64,000 nt of DNA from Eledone cirrhosa. Taxonomy: Eukaryota. Numbering within the stretch: the first letter of the stretch is position 1; every line of letters starts with the position of its first letter. Of the stretch, positions 12,101 to 26,399 are shown one piece after another. The notes under the pieces were generated by a model that was given only the letters and a program-made list of their open reading frames with translations, did not search any database and had not been told where the DNA came from. A program made the translations under genes and the position numbers. The stretch spans positions 221,650,001 to 221,714,000 of the forward strand of contig OZ024741.1 of assembly GCA_964016885.1 (NCBI GenBank), read 5' to 3'.

Positions 12101-15100
12101 AGACACCCAGTCTGACCTGTAAAGTGGTCATGTTTCTGATATGACTGAAGACATCCAGTCTGACCTGTAAAGTGGTCATGTTCCTGATATGACTGAAGAC
12201 ACCCAGACTGACCTGTAAAGTGGTCATGTTCCTGATATGACTGAAGACATCCAGTCTGACCTGTAAAGTGGTCATGTTCCTGATATGACTGAAGACATCC
12301 AGCCTGACCTGTAAAGTGGTCATGTTCCTGATATGACTGAAGACACCCAGTCTGACCTGTAAAGTGGTCATGTTCCTGATATGACTGAAGACATCCAGCC
12401 TGACCTGTAAAGTGGTCATGTTCCTGATATGACTGAAGACATCCAGCCTGACCTGTAAAGTGGTCATATTCCTGATATGACTGAAGACACCCAGCCTGAC
12501 CTGTAAAGTGGCCATGTTCCTGATATGACTGAAGACACCCAGTCTGACCTGTAAAGTGGTCATGTTTCTGATATGACTGAAGACACCCAGTCTGACCTGT
12601 AAAGTGGTCATGTTTCTGATATGACTGAAGACACCCAGTCTGACCTGTAAAGTGGTCATGTTTCTGATATGACTGAAGACACCCAGTCTGACCTGTAAAG
12701 TGGTCATGTTTCTGATATGACTGAAGACACCCAGCCTGACCTGTAAAGTGGCCATGTTCCTGATATGACTGAAGACACCCAGTCTGACCTGTAAAGTGGT
12801 CATGTTTCTGATATGACTGAAGACATCCAGCCTGACCTGTAAAGTGGTCATGTTCCTGATATGACTGAAGACACCCAGTCTGACCTGTAAAGTGGTCATG
12901 TTTCTGATATGACTGAAGACATCCAGTCTGACCTGTAAAGTGGTCATGTTCCTGATATGACTGAAGACACCCAGTCTGACCTGTAAAGTGGTCATGTTCC
13001 TGATATGACTGAAGACATCCAGTCTGACCTGTAAAGTGGTCATGTTCCTGATATGACTGAAGACATCCAGCCTGACCTGTAAAGTGGTCATGTTCCTGAT
13101 ATGACTGAAGACATCCAGCCTGACCTGTAAAGTGGTCATGTTCCTGATATGACTGAAGACACCCAGTCTGACCTGTAAAGTGGCCATGTTTCTGATATGA
13201 CTGAAGACACCCAGTCTGACCTGTAAAGTGGCCATGTTCCTGATATGACTGAAGACACCCAGTCTGACCTGTAAAGTGGCCATGTTTCTGATATGACTGA
13301 AGACACCCAGTCTGACCTGTAAAGTGGCCATGTTCCTGATATGACTGAAGACACCCAGTCTGACCTGTAAAGTGGCCATGTTCCTGATATGACTGAAGAC
13401 ACCCAGTCTGACCTGTAAAGTGGTCATGTTCCTGATATGACTGAAGACATCCAGCCTGACCTGTAAAGTGGTCATGTTTCTGATATGACTGAAGACACCC
13501 AGTCTGACCTGTAAAGTGGTCATGTTTCTGATATGACTGAAGACATCCAGCCTGACCTGTAAAGTGGTCATGTTCCTGATATGACTGAAGACACCCAGCC
13601 TGACCTGTAAAGTGGCCATGTTCCTGATATGACTGAAGACACCCAGCCTGACCTGTAAAGTGGTCATGTTTCTGATATGACTGAAGACATCCAGTCTGAC
13701 CTGTAAAGTGGCCATGTTTCTGATATGACTGAAGACACCCAGTCTGACCTGTAAAGTGGTCATGTTTCTGATATGACTGAAGACACCCAGTCTGACCTGT
13801 AAAGTGGTCATGTTTCTGATATGACTGAAGACACCCAGTCTGACCTGTAAAGTGGTCATGTTTCTGATATGACTGAAGACACCCAGCCTGACCTGTAAAG
13901 TGGCCATGTTCCTGATATGACTGAAGACACCCAGTCTGACCTGTAAAGTGGTCATGTTCCTGATATGACTGAAGACACCCAGCCTGACCTGTAAAGTGGT
14001 CATGTTTCTGATATGACTGAAGACACCCAGTCTGACCTGTAAAGTGGTCATGTTTCTGATATGACTGAAGACATCCAGCCTGACATGTAAAGTGGTCATG
14101 TTCCTGATATGACTGAAGACACCCAGCCTGACCTGTAAAGTGGCCATGTTCCTGATATGACTGAAGACACCCAGCCTGACCTGTAAAGTGGCCATGTTCC
14201 TGATATGACTGAAGACACCCAGTCTGACCTGTAAAGTGGTCATGTTTCTGATATGACTGAAGACACCCAGTCTGACCTGTAAAGTGGTCATGTTTCTGAT
14301 ATGACTGAAGACACCCAGTCTGACCTGACAAGTGGTCATGTTTCTGATATGACTGAAAACACCCAGTCTGACCTGTAAAGTGGTCATGTTTCTGATATGA
14401 CTGAAGACACCCAGTCTGACCTGTAAAGTGGTCATGTTTCTGATATGACTGAAGACACCCAGCCTGACCTGTAAAGTGGCCATGTTCCTGATATGACTGA
14501 AGACACCCAGTCTGACCTGTAAAGTGGTCATGTTTCTGATATGACTGAAGACATCCAGCCTGACCTGTAAAGTGGTCATGTTCCTGATATGACTGAAGAC
14601 ACCCAGTCTGACCTGTAAAGTGGTCATGTTTCTGATATGACTGAAGACATCCAGTCTGACCTGTAAAGTGGTCATGTTCCTGATATGACTGAAGACACCC
14701 AGACTGACCTGTAAAGTGGTCATGTTCCTGATATGACTGAAGACATCCAGTCTGACCTGTAAAGTGGTCATGTTCCTGATATGACTGAAGACATCCAGTC
14801 TGACCTGTAAAGTGGTCATGTTCCTGATATGACTGAAGACACCCAGTCTGACCTGTAAAGTGGTCATGTTCCTGATATGACTGAAGACATCCAGCCTGAC
14901 CTGTAAAGTGGCCATGTTCCTGATATGACTGAAGACATCCAGTCTGACCTGTAAAGTGGCCATGTTCCTGATATGACTGAAGACACCCAGCCTGACCTGT
15001 AAAGTGGCCATGTTCCTGATATGACTGAAGACACCCAGTCTGACCTGTAAAGTGGCCATGTTTCTGATATGACTGAAGACACTCAGTCTGACCTGTAAAG

Positions 15101-16000
15101 TGGTCATGTTTCTGATATGACTGAAGACACCCAGCCTGACCTGTAAAGTGGCCATGTTCCTGATATGACTGAAGACATCCAGTCTGACCTGTAAAGTGGT
15201 CATGTTTCTGATATGACTGAAGACATCCAGCCTGACCTGTAAAGTGGTCATGTTCCTGATATGACTGAAGACATCCAGCCTGACCTGTAAAGTGGCCATG
15301 TTCCTGATATGACTAAAGACACCCAGTCTGACCTGTAAAGTGGTCATGTTCCTGATATGACTGAAGACATCCAGCCTGACCTGTAAAGTGGTCATGTTTC
15401 TGATATGACTGAAGACACCCAGTCTGACCTGTAAAGTGGTCATGTTTCTGATATGACTGAAGACACCCAGTCTGACCAGTAAAGTGGTCATGTTTCTGAT
15501 ATGACTGAAGACACCCAGCCTGACCTGTAAAGTGGCCATGTTCCTGATATGACTGAAGAGACCCAGTCTGACCTGTAAAGTGGCCATGTTCCTGATATGA
15601 CTGAAGACACCCAGTCTGACCTGTAAAGTGGCCATGTTCCTGATATGACTGAAGACACCCAGTCTGACCTGTAAAGTGGCCATGTTCCTGATATGACTGA
15701 AGACACCCAGTCTGACCTGTAAAGTGGCCATGTTCCTGATATGACTGAAGACACCCAGTCAGACCTGTAAAGTGGCCATGTTCCTGATATGACTGAAGAC
15801 ACCCAGCCTGACCTGTAAAGTGGTCATGTTCCTGATATGACTGAAGACACCCAGTCTGACCTGTAAAGTGGCCATGTTCCTGATATGACTGAAGACATCC
15901 AGTCTGACCTGTAAAGTGGCCATATTCCTGATATGACTGAAGACACCCAGCCTGACCTGTAAAGTGGCCATGTTCCTGATATGACTGAAGACACCCAGTC
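6170..16000. repeat. Higher-order duplication within the satellite (offset 4.8-5.7 kb)
   Basis: Rare variants recur in the same order at 6320/11120 (4800), 8048/13136 and 9243/14331 (5088), 9601/15313 and 10047/15759 (5712). Boundaries approximate. Confidence 0.75.
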
Positions 16001-19000
16001 TGACCTGTAAAGTGGTCATGTTTCTGATATGACTGAAGACATCCAGCCTGACCTGTAAAGTGGTCATGTTCCTGATATGACTGAAGACACCCAGTCTGAC
16101 CTGTAAAGTGGTCATGTTCCTGATATGACTGAAGACACCCAGTCTGACCTGTAAAGTGGTCATGTTCCTGATATGACTGAAGACACCCAGCCTGACCTGT
16201 AAAGTGGCCATGTTCCTTATATGACTGAAGACACCCAGCCTGACCTGTAAAGTGGTCATGTTTCTGATATGACTGAAGACATCCAGTCTGACCTGTAAAG
16301 TGGCCATGTTTCTGATATGACTGAAGACACCCAGTCTGACCTGTAAAGTGGTCATGTTTCTGATATGACTGAAGACACCCAGTCTGACCTGTAAAGTGGT
16401 CATGTTTCTGATATGACTGAAGACACCCTGTCTGACCTGTAAAGTGGTCATGTTTCTGATATGACTGAAGACACCCAGCCTGACCTGTAAAGTGGCCATG
16501 TTCTTGATATGACTGAAGACACACAGTCTGACCTGTAAAGTCGTCATGTTTCTGATATGACTGAAGACACCCAGCCTGACCTGTAAAGTGGCCATGTTCC
16601 TGATATGACTGAAGACACCCAGTCTGACCTGTAAAGTGGTCATGTTTCTGATATGACTGAAGACATCCAGCCTGACCTGTAAAGTGGTCATGTTCCTGAT
16701 ATGACTGAAGACATCCAGCCTGACCTGTAAAGTGGTCATGTTCCTGATATGACTGAAGACATCCAGCCTGACCTGTAAAGTGGTCATGTTCCTGATATGA
16801 CTGAAGACATCCAGCCTGACCTGTAAAGTGGCCATGTTCCTGATATGACTGAAGACACCCAGCCTGACCTGTAAAGTGGTCATGTTCCTGATATGACTGA
16901 AGACACCCAGTCTGACCTGTAAAGTGGCCATGTTCCTGATATGACTGAAGACATCCAGTCTGACCTGTAAAGTGGCCATGTTCCTGATATGACTGAAGAC
17001 ACCCAGCCTGACCTGTAAAGTGGCCATGTTCCTGATATGACTGAAGACACCCAGTCTGACCTGTAAAGTGGCCATGTTTCTGATATGACTGAAGACACCC
17101 AGTCTGACCTGTAAAGTGGCCATGTTCCTGATATGACTGAAGACACCCAGTCTGACCTGTAAAGTGGCCATGTTCCTGATATGACTGAAGACACCCAGCC
17201 TGACCTGTAAAGTGGTCATGTTCCTGATATGACTGAAGACACCCAGCCTGACCTGTAACGTGGTCATGTTCCTGATATGACTGAAGACACCCAGCCTGAC
17301 CTGTAAAGTGGCCATGTTCCTGATATGACTGAAGACACCCAGCCTGACCTGTAAAGTGGTCATGTTTCTGATATGACTGAAGACATCCAGTCTGACCTGT
17401 AAAGTGACCATGTTTCTGATATGACTGAAGACACCCAGTCTGACCTGTAAAGTGGTCATGTTTCTGATATGACTGAAGACACCCAGTCTGACCTGTAAAG
17501 TGGTCATGTTTCTGATATGACTGAAGACACCCAGTCTGACCTGTAAAGTGGTCATGTTTCTGATATGACTGAAGACACCCAGCCTGACCTGTAAAGTGGC
17601 CATGTTCCTGATATGACTGAAGACACCCAGCCTGACCTGTAAAGTGGCCATGTTCCTGATATGACTGAAGACACCCAGTCTGACCTGTAAAGTGGCCATG
17701 TTTCTGATATGACTGAAGACACCCAGTCTGACCTGTAAAGTGGCCATGTTCCCGATATGACTGAAGACACCCAGTCTGACCTGTAAAGTGGCCATGTTCC
17801 TGATATGACTGAAGACACCCAGCCTGACCTGTAAAGTGGTCATGTTCCTGATATGACTGAAGACACCCAGCCTGACCTGTAAAGTGGTCATGTTCCTGAT
17901 ATGACTGAAGACACCCAGCCTGACCTGTAAAGTGGCCATGTTCCTGATATGACTGAAGACACCCAGCCTGACCTGTAAAGTGGTCATGTTTCTGATATGA
18001 CTGAAGACATCCAGTCTGACCTGTAAAGTGGCCATGTTTCTGATATGACTGAAGACACCCAGTCTGACCTGTAAAGTGGTCATGTTTCTGATATGACTGA
18101 AGACACCCAGTCTGACCTGTAAAGTGGTCATGTTTCTGATATGACTGAAGACACCCAGTCTGACCTGTAAAGTGGTCATGTTTCTGATATGACTGAAGAC
18201 ACCCAGCCTGACCTGTAAAGTGGCCATGTTCCTGATATGACTGAAGACACCCAGTCTGACCTGTAAAGTGGTCATGTTTCTGATATGACTGAAGACACCC
18301 AGCCTGACCTGTAAAGTGGCCATGTTCCTGATATGACTGAAGACACCCAGTCTGACCTGTAAAGTGGTCATGTTCCTGATATGACTGAAGACATCCAGCC
18401 TGACCTGTAAAGTGGTCATGTTCCTGATATGACTGAAGACACCCAGCCTGACCTGTAAAGTGGCCATGTTCCTGATATGACTGAAGACACCCAGCCTGAC
18501 CTGTAAAGTGGCCATGTTCCTGATATGAATGAAGACACCCAGTCTGACCTGTAAAGTGGTCATGTTCCTGATATGACTGAAGACACCCAGCCTGACCTGT
18601 AAAGTGGTCATGTTTCTGATATGACTGAAGACACCCAGTCTGACCTGTAAAGTGGTCATGTTTCTGATATGACTGAAGACATCCAGCCTGACCTGTAAAG
18701 TGGTCATGTTCCTGATATGACTGAAGACACCCAGTCTGACCTGTAAAGTGGTCATGTTCCTGATATGACTGAAGACACCCAGCCTGACCTGTAAAGTGGT
18801 CATGTTCCTGATATGACTGAAGACACCCAGCCTGACCTGTAAAGTGGCCATGTTCCTGATATGACTGAAGACACCCAGCCTGACCTGTAAAGTGGTCACG
18901 TTTCTGATATGACTGAAGACATCCAGTCTGACCTGTAAAGTGGCCATGTTTCTGATATGACTGAAGACACCCAGTCTGACCTGTAAAGTGGTCATGTTTC

Positions 19001-22000
19001 TGATATGACTGAAGACACCCAGCCTGACCTGTAAAGTGGTCATGTTTCTGATATGACTGAAGACACCCAGTCTGACCTGTAAAGTGGTCATGTTTCTGAT
19101 ATGACTGAAGACACCCAGCCTGACCTGTAAAGTGGCCATGTTCCTGATATGACTGAAGACACCCAGTCTGACCTGTAAAGTGGTCATGTTTCTGATATGA
19201 CTGAAGACACCCAGCCTGACCTGTAAAGTGGCCATGTTCCTGATATGACTGAAGACACCCAGTCTGACCTGTAAAGTGGTCATGTTTCTGATATGACTGA
19301 AGACATCCAGCCTGACCTGTAAAGTGGTCATGTTCCTGATATGACTGAAGACATCCAGCCTGACCTGTAAAGTGGCCATGTTCCTGATATGACTGAAGAC
19401 ACCCAGTCTGACCTGTAAAGTGGTCATGTTCCTGATATGACTGAAGACATCCAGCCTGACCTGTAAAGTGGTCATGTTTCTGATATGACTGAAGACACCC
19501 AGTCTGACCTGTAAAGTGGTCATGTTTCTGATATGACTGAAGACACCCAGTCTGACCTGTAAAGTGGTCATGTTTCTGATATGAATGAAGACACCCAGCC
19601 TGACCTGTAAAGTGGCCATGTTCCTGATATGACTGAAGACACCCAGTCTGACCTGTAAAGTGGCCATGTTCCTGATATGACTGAAGACACCCAGTCTGAC
19701 CTGTAAAGTGGCCATGTTCCTGATATGACTGAAGACACCCAGTCTGACCTGTAAAGTGGCCATGTTCCTGATATGACTGAAGACACCCAGTCTGACCTGT
19801 AAAGTGGCCATGTTCCTGATATGACTGAAGACACCCAGCCTGACCTGTAAAGTGGCCATGTTCCTGATATGACTGAAGACACCCAGTCTGACCTGTAAAG
19901 TGGTCATGTTTCTGATATGACTGAAGACACCCAGCCTGACCTGTAAAGTGGTCATGTTTCTGATATGACTGAAGACACCCAGTCTGACCTGTAAAGTGGT
20001 CATGTTTCTGATATGACTGAAGACATCCAGCCTGACCTGTAAAGTGGTCATGTTCCTGATATGACTGAAGACACCCAGTCTGACCTGTAAAGTGGTCATG
20101 TTCCTGATATGACTGAAGACACCCAGCCTGACCTGTAAAGTGGTCATGTTCCTGATATGACTGAAGACACCCAGCCTGACCTGTAAAGTGGCCATGTTCC
20201 TGATATGACTGAAGACACCCAGCCTGACCTGTAAAGTGGTCATGTTTCTGATATGACTGAAGACATCCAGTCTGACCTGTAAAGTGGCCATGTTTCTGAT
20301 ATGACTGAAGACACCCAGTCTGACCTGTAAAGTGGTCATGTTTCTGATATGACTGAAGACACCCAGTCTGACCTGTAAAGTGGTCATGTTTCTGATATGA
20401 CTGAAGACACCCAGCCTGACCTGTAAAGTGGCCATGTTCCTGATATGACTGAAGACACACAGTCTGACCTGTAAAGTGGTCATGTTTCTGATATGACTGA
20501 AGACACCCAGCCTGACCTGTAAAGTGGCCATGTTCCTGATATGACTGAAGACACCCAGTCTGACCTGTAAAGTGGTCATGTTTCTGATATGACTGAAGAC
20601 ACCCAGTCTGACCTGTAAAGTGGTCATGTTTCTGATATGACTGAAGACACCCAGTCTGACCTGTAAAGTGGCCATGTTCCTGATATGACTGAAGACACCC
20701 AGTCTGACCTGTAAAGTGGCCATGTTCCTGATATGACTGAAGACACCCAGCCTGACCTGTAAAGTGGTCATGTTCCTGATATGACTGAAGACACCCAGTC
20801 TGACCTGTAAAGTGGCCATGTTCCTGATATGACTGAAGACATCCAGTCTGACCTGTAAAGTGGCCATGTTCCTGATATGACTGAAGACACCCAGTCTGAC
20901 CTGTAAAGTGGCCATGTTTCTGATATGACTGAAGACACCCAGTCTGACCTGTAAAGTGGCCATGTTCCTGATATGACTGAAGACACCCAGTCTGACCTGT
21001 AAAGTGGCCATGTTCCTGATATGACTGAAGACACCCAGCCTGACCTGTAAAGTGGTCATGTTTCTGATATGACTGAAGACACCCAGTCTGACCTGTAAAG
21101 TGGTCATGTTCCTGATATGACTGAAGACACCCAGTCTGACCTGTAAAGTGGCCATGTTCCTGATATGACTGAAGACATCCAGCCTGACCTGTAAAGTGGT
21201 CATGTTCCTGATATGACTGAAGACACCCAGTCTGACCTGTAAAGTGGTCATGTTTCTGATATGACTGAAGACATCCAGCCTGACCTGTAAAGTGGTCATG
21301 TTCCTGATATGACTGAAGACACCCAGTCTGACCTGTAAAGTGGTCATGTTCCTGATATGACTGAAGACACCCAGCCTGACCTGTAAAGTGGTCATGTTTC
21401 TGATATGACTGAAGACATCCAGTCTGACCTGTAAAGTGGCCATGTTTCTGATATGACTGAAGACACCCAGTCTGACCTGTAAAGTGGTCATGTTTCTGAT
21501 ATGACTGAAGACACCCAGCCTGACCTGTAAAGTGGTCATGTTTCTGATATGACTGAAGACACCCAGTCTGACCTGTAAAGTGGTCATGTTTCTGATATGA
21601 CTGAAGACACCCAGCCTGACCTGTAAAGTGGCCATGTTCCTGATATGACTGAAGACACCCAGTCTGACCTGTAAAGTGGTCATGTTTCTGATATGACTGA
21701 AGACACCCAGCCTGACCTGTAAAGTGGCCATGTTCCTGATATGACTGAAGACACCCAGTCTGACCTGTAAAGTGGTCATGTTTCTGATATGACTGAAGAC
21801 ATCCAGCCTGACCTGTAAAGTGGTCATGTTCCTGATATGACTGAAGACATCCAGCCTGACCTGTAAAGTGGCCATGTTCCTGATATGACTGAAGACACCC
21901 AGTCTGACCTGTAAAGTGGTCATGTTCCTGATATGACTGAAGACATCCAGCCTGACCTGTAAAGTGGTCATGTTTCTGATATGACTGAAGACACCCAGTC

Positions 22001-25000
22001 TGACCTGTAAAGTGGTCATGTTTCTGATATGACTGAAGACACCCAGTCTGACCTGTAAAGTGGTCATGTTTCTGATATGACTGAAGACACCCAGCCTGAC
22101 CTGTAAAGTGGCCATGTTCCTGATATGACTGAAGACACCCAGTCTGACCTGTAAAGTGGCCATGTTCCTGATATGACTGAAGACACCCAGTCTGACCTGT
22201 AAAGTGGTCATGTTTCTGATATGACTGAAGACACCCAGTCTGACCTGTAAAGTGGTCATGTTTCTGATATGACTGAAGACACCCAGCCTGACCTGTAAAG
22301 TGGCCATGTTCCTAATATGACTGAAGACACCCAGTCTGACCTGTAAAGTGGTCATGTTTCTGATATGACTGAAGACACCCAGCCTGACCTGTAAAGTGGC
22401 CATGTTCCTGATATGACTGAAGACACCCAGTCTGACCTGTAAAGTGGTCATGTTTCTGATATGACTGAAGACACCCAGTCTGACCTGTAAAGTGGTCATG
22501 TTTCTGATATGACTGAAGACACCCAGTCTGACCTGTAAAGTGGCCATGTTCCTGATATGACTGAAGACACACAGTCTGACCTGTAAAGTGGCCATGTTCC
22601 TGATATGACTGAAGACACCCAGCCTGACCTGTAAAGTGGTCATGTTCCTGATATGACTGAAGACACCCAGTCTGACCTGTAAAGTGGCCATGTTCCTGAT
22701 ATGACTGAAGACATCCAGTCTGACCTGTAAAGTGGCCATGTTCCTGATATGACTGAAGACACCCAGTCTGACCTGTAAAGTGGCCATGTTTCTGATATGA
22801 CTGAAGACACCCAGTCTGACCTGTAAAGTGGCCATGTTCCTGATATGACTGAAGACACCCAGTCTGACCTGTAAAGTGGCCATGTTCCTGATATGACTGA
22901 AGACACCCAGCCTGACCTGTAAAGTGGTCATGTTTCTGATATGACTGAAGACACCCAGTCTGACCTGTAAAGTGGTCATGTTCCTGATATGACTGAAGAC
23001 ACCCAGTCTGACCTGTAAAGTGGCCATGTTCCTGATATGACTGAAGACATCCAGCCTGACCTGTAAAGTGGTCATGTTCCTGATATGACTGAAGACACCC
23101 AGCCTGACCTGTAAAGTGGCCATGTTCCTGATATGACTGAAGACACCCAGCCTGACCTGTAAAGTGGCCATGTTCCTGATATGAATGAAGACACCCAGTC
23201 TGACCTGTAAAGTGGTCATGTTCCTGATATGACTGAAGACACCCAGCCTGACCTGTAAAGTGGTCATGTTTCTGATATGACTGAAGACACCCAGTCTGAC
23301 CTGTAAAGTGGTCATGTTTCTGATATGACTGAAGACATCCAGCCTGACCTGTAAAGTGGTCATGTTCCTGATATGACTGAAGACACCCAGTCTGACCTGT
23401 AAAGTGGTCATGTTCCTGATATGACTGAAGACACCCAGCCTGACCTGTAAAGTGGTCATGTTCCTGATATGACTGAAGACACCCAGCCTGACCTGTAAAG
23501 TGGCCATGTTCCTGATATGACTGAAGACACCCAGCCTGACCTGTAAAGTGGTCATGTTTCTGATATGACTGAAGACATCCAGTCTGACCTGTAAAGTGGC
23601 CATGTTTCTGATATGACTGAAGACACCCAGTCTGACCTGTAAAGTGGTCATGTTTCTGATATGACTGAAGACACCCAGCCTGACCTGTAAAGTGGTCATG
23701 TTTCTGATATGACTGAAGACACCCAGTCTGACCTGTAAAGTGGTCATGTTTCTGATATGACTGAAGACACCCAGCCTGACCTGTAAAGTGGCCATGTTCC
23801 TGATATGACTGAAGACACCCAGTCTGACCTGTAAAGTGGTCATGTTTCTGATATGACTGAAGACACCCAGCCTGACCTGTAAAGTGGCCATGTTCCTGAT
23901 ATGACTGAAGACACCCAGTCTGACCTGTAAAGTGGTCATGTTTCTGATATGACTGAAGACATCCAGCCTGACCTGTAAAGTGGTCATGTTCCTGATATGA
24001 CTGAAGACACCCAGCCTGACCTGTAAAGTGGTCATGTTTCTGATATGACTGAAGACACCCAGTCTGACCTGTAAAGTGGTCATGTTCCTGATATGACTGA
24101 AGACACCCAGTCTGACCTGTAAAGTGGCCATGTTCCTGATATGACTGAAGACATCCAGCCTAACCTGTAAAGTGGTCATGTTCCTGATATGACTGAAGAC
24201 ACCCAGCCTGACCTGTAAAGTGGCCATGTTCCTGATATGACTGAAGACACCCAGCCTGACCTGTAAAGTGGCCATGTTCCTGATATGAATGAAGACACCC
24301 AGTCTGACCTGTAAAGTGGTCATGTTCCTGATATGACTGAAGACACCCAGCCTGACCTGTAAAGTGGTCATGTTTCTGATATGACTGAAGACACCCAGTC
24401 TGACCTGTAAAGTGGTCATGTTTCTGATATGACTGAAGACATCCAGCCTGACCTGTAAAGTGGTCATGTTCCTGATATGACTGAAGACACCCAGTCTGAC
24501 CTGTAAAGTGGTCATGTTCCTGATATGACTGAAGACACCCAGCCTGACCTGTAAAGTGGTCATGTTCCTGATATGACTGAAGACACCCAGCCTGACCTGT
24601 AAAGTGGCCATGTTCCTGATATGACTGAAGACACCCAGTCTGACCTGTAAAGTGGTCATGTTTCTGATATGACTGAAGACACCCAGTCTGACCTGTAAAG
24701 TGGTCATGTTTCTGATATGACTGAAGACATCCAGTCTGACCTGTAAAGTGGCCATGTTTCTGATATGACTGAAGACACCCAGTCTGACCTGTAAAGTGGT
24801 CATGTTTCTGATATGACTGAAGACACCCAGCCTGACCTGTAAAGTGGTCATGTTTCTGATATGACTGAAGACACCCAGTCTGACCTGTAAAGTGGTCATG
24901 TTTCTGATATGACTGAAGGCACCCAGCCTGACCTGTAAAGTGGCCATGTTCCTGATATGACTGAAGACACCCAGTCTGACCTGTAAAGTGGTCATGTTTC

Positions 25001-26399
25001 TGATATGACTGAAGACACCCAGCCTGACCTGTAAAGTGGCCATGTTCCTGATATGACTGAAGACACCCAGTCTGACCTGTAAAGTGGTCATGTTTCTGAT
25101 ATGACTGAAGACATCCAGCCTGATCTGTAAAGTGGTCATGTTCCTGATATGACTGAAGACACCCAGTCTGACCTGTAAAGTGGTCATGTTCCTGATATGA
25201 CTGAAGACACCCAGTCTGACCTGTAAAGTGGCCATGTTCCTGATATGACTGAAGACATCCAGCCTGACCTGTAAAGTGGTCATGTTTCTGATATGACTGA
25301 AGACACCCAGTCTGACCTGTAAAGTGGCCATGTTCCTGATATGACTGAAGACATCCAGCCTGACCTGTAAAGTGGTCATGTTCCTGATATGACTGAAGAC
25401 ATCCAGCCTGACCTGTAAAGTGGCCATGTTCCTGATATGACTGAAGACACCCAGTCTGACCTGTAAAGTGGTCATGTTCCTGATATGACTGAAGACACCC
25501 AGTCTGACCTGTAAAGTGGCCATGTTCCTGATATGACTGAAGACATCCAGCCTGACCTGTAAAGTGGCCATGTTTCTGATATGACTGAAGACACCCAGTC
25601 TGACCTGTAAAGTGGTCATGTTTCTGATATGACTGAAGACACCCAGTCTGACATGTAAAGTGGCCATGTTCCTGATATGACTGAAGACACCCAGTCTGAC
25701 CTGTAAAGTGGCCATGTTCCTGATATGACTGAAGACATCCAGCCTGACCTGTAAAGTGGTCATGTTTCTGATATGACTGAAGACACCCAGTCTGACCTGT
25801 AAAGTGGTCATGTTTCTGATATGACTGAAGACACCCAGTCTGACCTGTAAAGTGGTCATGTTTCTGATATGACTGAAGACACCCAGCCTGACCTGTAAAG
25901 TGGCCATGTTCCTGATATGACTGAAGACACCCAGTCTGACCTGTAAAGTGGCCATGTTCCTGAAATGACTGAAGACACCCAGTCCTACCTGTAAAGTGGC
26001 CATGTTCCTGATATGACTGAAGACACCCAGTCTGACCTGTAAAGTGGCCATGTTCCTGATATGACTGAAGACACCCAGTCTGACCTGTAAAGTGGCCATG
26101 TTTCTGATATGACTGAAGACACCCAGTCTGACCTGTAAAGTGGCCATGTTCCTGATATGACTGAAGACACCCAGCCTGACCTGTAAAGTGGCCATGTTCC
26201 TGATATGACTGAAGACACCCAGTCTGACCTGTAAAGTGGTCATGTTCCTGATATGACTGAAGACACCCAGCCTGACCTGTAAAGTGGTCGTGTTTCTGAT
26301 ATGACTGAAGACATCCAGTCTGACCTGTAAAGTGGCCATGTTCCTGATATGACTGAAGACACCCAGTCTGACCTGTAAAGTGGTCATGTTTCTGATATG

